Position numbers and translations under genes: made by a program. A stretch of 31,850 nucleotides of DNA from Myxococcota bacterium (GTDB lineage: Bacteria > Myxococcota_A > UBA796 > CAJQPC01): NCBI GenBank assembly GCA_036012755.1, contig DASCPX010000205.1, positions 1 through 31,850 on the forward strand, written 5' to 3'. Under the pieces are notes generated by a model, which ran no database searches, was not told the DNA's origin, and saw only the letters and a list, made by a program, of their open reading frames with translations. Of the stretch, positions 28,278 to 31,850 are shown one piece after another. Each line of letters opens with the position of its first letter. Within the stretch, counting starts at the first letter, position 1.

Positions 28278-29180
28278 ATGGCAACCACCAACACCCAGAC
28301 CCTCCAACAGCGCAGGCAGGCACAACGCGCTGAGGTCAGCAGCGCGCCTTCGTCGCGTCTCCAGCAGCTCGAGATCAGCAACCTGGAGCGCCAGATGCAG
28401 GCGAACTCCTTGATGCGCCTCGGCTCCAGCGGGCCTGGGGTGGCGGAGCTGCAACAGATCCTGAAGGTGGAGGTCACGGGTCAGTTCGACCAGATGACGC
28501 ACGAGGCGGTGATGGACTTCCAGGACCGCTACGACCTCGACATCGACGGCGTCGTCGTCGGCGAGACCTGGCAGACCCTCTACGGCCTGCAGTGCGCCGG
28601 CGAGCAGTACGCAATCCTCTTCGAGCTCGCCACCAACGGAGCCTCCGCCACGACCGCGAAGCAGGACGGCCTGCGCCAGGGCGGACCGATGGCCAGCAAC
28701 GCGATGGCCGAGGCCGACTGGGAGCGCGTCTCCCAGTACCAGCAGCTCTTCGAGGCGGCTGCGGCAGAGTACGACCTCCCGGCTGCCCTGCTCATGGCCA
28801 TCGCCTCGCGGGAGACCCGGGGCGGCACGGCGCTGAACGAGGACGGCTACAGCCAGTACGACGGCCAGGGCTTCGGCATGATGCAGGTGGACAAGAACCA
28901 CCACACACCCCAGGGCGGCGCCTTCAGCCTCGACCACATCCGCCAGGCCGCGGAGATCCTCAGGGGCACGCTCGACCGCGTCGGCGACAAGTTCCCGGAC
29001 TGGTCCGACGGCCAGAAGCTCCAGGGCGCCATCGCCGGGTACAACAAGGGCTCCGGGCGCGTGCGCAGCTGGGGAGGCGTCGACCGCAACACCACGGGCG
29101 GCGACTACTCCTCTGATGTGTGGGCTCGCGCCCGCCACTTCGCCGTGAAGATGGGTCAGCAGCTCCGCGCCGGCGAGTAG
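28278..29180 (+). CDS. Peptidoglycan-binding domain plus goose-type (GH23) lysozyme
   Basis: PG-binding: RLGSSGPGVAELQQIL...FQDRYDLDIDGVVVGETW. Lysozyme g: TNGASATTAKQDG, AIASRETRGG, GFGMMQVDK, KFPDWS, AGYNKG, TTGGDYSSDVWARA. Confidence 0.9.
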   Translation: MATTNTQTLQQRRQAQRAEVSSAPSSRLQQLEISNLERQMQANSLMRLGSSGPGVAELQQILKVEVTGQFDQMTHEAVMDFQDRYDLDIDGVVVGETWQTLYGLQCAGEQYAILFELATNGASATTAKQDGLRQGGPMASNAMAEADWERVSQYQQLFEAAAAEYDLPAALLMAIASRETRGGTALNEDGYSQYDGQGFGMMQVDKNHHTPQGGAFSLDHIRQAAEILRGTLDRVGDKFPDWSDGQKLQGAIAGYNKGSGRVRSWGGVDRNTTGGDYSSDVWARARHFAVKMGQQLRAGE

Positions 29181-29214
29181 GACGGGGTTAGAGGCGCCTC
29201 TTGGAGGCTCTCGC

Positions 29215-30252
<1,038 letters not shown>

Positions 30253-30286
30253 GCAGGATCTACGGTCCGCCTTGGTCCTGCCTTTT
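30253..30286 (+). terminator. Candidate intrinsic terminator of ychF
   Basis: GCAGGA (30253-30258) pairs with TCCTGC (30276-30281) around an imperfect inner stem, followed by CTTTT. Confidence 0.45.
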
Positions 30287-30305
30287 CGGTGACACCCTGA
30301 TGCCC

Positions 30306-30376
30306 TGTGCGGGCCATTTCCAGCCCATTCTGGCCCCCGACCCGCACAACCCGCACAACTCTCGGGCGCGCACAAC
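30306..30376. repeat. Left cluster of CCCGCACAAC-like motifs
   Basis: Inverted TGTGCGGG 30306-30313; direct CCCGCACAAC 30341-30350 and 30350-30359; GCGCACAAC 30368-30376. Confidence 0.75.
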
Positions 30377-30561
30377 GGTGACGCTTCACTATGCGAATAG
30401 GATCGCGAAGGCGCCACCCCGACCCCTCCCATTGCGCCTCAGTGGAGTGGCGCCTTACGAAGGGGGGCGAAAAGTGGCCTAATGCCCTCTACTCGCGGGG
30501 TGAGCAGGATACCGGGATTCGGCGGAACACGGGTTCGACGGCACCGAGGCTCAGGTCCCGC

Positions 30562-31548
30562 TCAGAAGATCGTCTCACCGGCGCGGAACAGGAGGAGCGC
30601 CTCGGCCTCTTTGTACCGTTGGTTCATGGCCTCGGTCTCCTGGTAGGTCATAAACAGGCGGTCCAGGGGGATCCGGGCCCGGAACAGCACCCCGTCCACG
30701 CTGTCGCTGGCGAAGAAGGCCTCGGCGAGCTCCCGCTTGAAGGTGGAGGCGACGAAGGTCCGGTTGGTGGCAGGGAGCAGGGGGCCTCTCACCCCCATTC
30801 CCCGAAACACGGTGACCTGTTCGTGTCCGGCTCTCCGAAAGACCTCCTGGACGAAGGCCATCCGCGCGATCACGTGTTCGGCGCGGCGCTCGCGGCTCCA
30901 CCGGCCGGCGAACAGCTCCGGATCGCGGATCACCTTGCCTTCGAAGGGGCACAATCCCAGCTCGGCAATGACGATGCGGTGGCCTTTGACCGGTCCGACG
31001 GGCCAGGGGTTACTGACGAATTGGGTGGCGAACGGCTGCTCCAGGTCCATCAGGTCTCGCTCGCCCAGATACGCCGCCAGATCTCGTTGAAGCGCCGGGG
31101 GGCCGGTCCAGGCGTCCAGGTCCAACGCCTCGTGGTCGGCAAAGAACTCGGAGTGGTTGGAGAGCCAGTCGGCGGCCTCTTCGCGGGCGGACGAGAGACG
31201 TGCTGTGGTCTGCTGCGCCATCTCCGGGTCGACGTCGATGGTGAGCGGTCGGTCGAAGCGTTCGATGGCGTCGTTGATGGCGTTGACCTGTTCAGTAGGG
31301 GCGGTGGGGGCGTCACGGTTGATCTGGAAACGCGTCATCATCTCCACAGGGATCGTCCACACGGCTCCCTTGTCCTCGAAGCCGGTGACCTCGACGGTGC
31401 AGATGCCTCGCTGCGGCTGCACCGACAGCACCCGGATGGGCGTGCGGCGGTGATCCAGCATCCGGCCGGCGTTTCCGACCACCAGCAGGGCGGGCGCTCC
31501 CGGGAGGAAGTCGCTGTCGGGGGCCATGTCGGGATCGTGTTGGTACAT
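30562..31548 (-). CDS. Hypothetical protein with C-terminal R-S-E-type ADP-ribosyltransferase-like motifs
   Basis: 328 aa from ATG 31548. VTVFRGM, TFVASTFKRELAEAFF, YKEAEALL occur in ART order and spacing. Confidence 0.65.
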   Translation of the reverse strand: MYQHDPDMAPDSDFLPGAPALLVVGNAGRMLDHRRTPIRVLSVQPQRGICTVEVTGFEDKGAVWTIPVEMMTRFQINRDAPTAPTEQVNAINDAIERFDRPLTIDVDPEMAQQTTARLSSAREEAADWLSNHSEFFADHEALDLDAWTGPPALQRDLAAYLGERDLMDLEQPFATQFVSNPWPVGPVKGHRIVIAELGLCPFEGKVIRDPELFAGRWSRERRAEHVIARMAFVQEVFRRAGHEQVTVFRGMGVRGPLLPATNRTFVASTFKRELAEAFFASDSVDGVLFRARIPLDRLFMTYQETEAMNQRYKEAEALLLFRAGETIF

Positions 31549-31787
31549 CGTACGAGACCGCACCCGTCAGTTCAGAAACTGTCTACCACACGATGGGACC
31601 GGGCGGACGGCCGTTGACGGCACTGCCCAGATTGAGGCTGAGATCAGCCGGACGCAGCGACAGTTGACCGAAACGGAGGTTGCCCTCGCGGGCATCGGAG
31701 AGCCGATAGAGAGCACCGTCGTTGCCTGCGACAAGGCCAAGAAGATCGGGGGTGAGTGAGGTGCGCGTCGTGCGACGGGATGGGCGT

Positions 31788-31821
31788 TGGCCCCACACCC
31801 ACACAACTCGACCCGCACACC
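31788..31821. repeat. Right cluster of CCC(G/A)CACA(A/C)C motifs
   Basis: TGGCCCCACACCCACACAAC (31788-31807) matches 30331-30350 at 17/20. CGACCCGCACA (31809-31819) is identical to 30338-30348. Confidence 0.65.
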
Positions 31822-31850
31822 GTTTGAAAGTGACTGGAATAACTGGATAT

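Noticed and set aside
30341..30376. Short repeats as a CRISPR array
   Set aside because: Units are 9-10 bp with no 30-40 bp spacers, and there are no cas genes.
30408..30490. HDV-like ribozyme
   Set aside because: A P1-like helix exists, but I could not place P1.1 GG, P3/L3 or a P2 partner.
30494..30550. tRNA-like bits: CGCGGGGTGAGCAG (resembles a tRNA-fMet 5' end) and GGTTCGA
   Set aside because: Spacing to TTC is about 41 nt instead of about 54; the T-stem and acceptor stem do not pair; there is no anticodon arm or CCA.

Overview
High-GC bacterial window. Cys/Asp-rich MopE-like repeat proteins and many orphan lipoproteins suggest a Myxococcota-like organism (inference). In order it holds: a truncated lipoprotein; a swivel-first LeuD-LeuC-type aconitase coupled to thiD; a repeat lipoprotein; an M32 carboxypeptidase coupled to a degenerate PP2C-cNMP protein; and two lipoproteins (alpha/beta hydrolase, possible BPI/LBP-like) divergent from an operon of phytol/dolichol kinase, two unknowns, GNAT, OleC-like adenylating enzyme and a lipoprotein. 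Next come an 11-gene complex I-like operon (nuoABCDHIJKLMN, no nuoEFG), a hypothetical, a Spo0M/arrestin-like gene, a PG-binding plus goose-type lysozyme, and ychF. The right end is an accessory-looking segment with an R-S-E ADP-ribosyltransferase-like gene bracketed by two clusters of CCCGCACAAC-like motifs. The strongest leads are ultra-short uncharged signal peptides across the window, the lipid-modification module, the motif-flanked ART cassette and the vertebrate-like g-lysozyme. No rRNA, intact tRNA or CRISPR array was seen. All family calls come from motif recognition by eye, not database searches.
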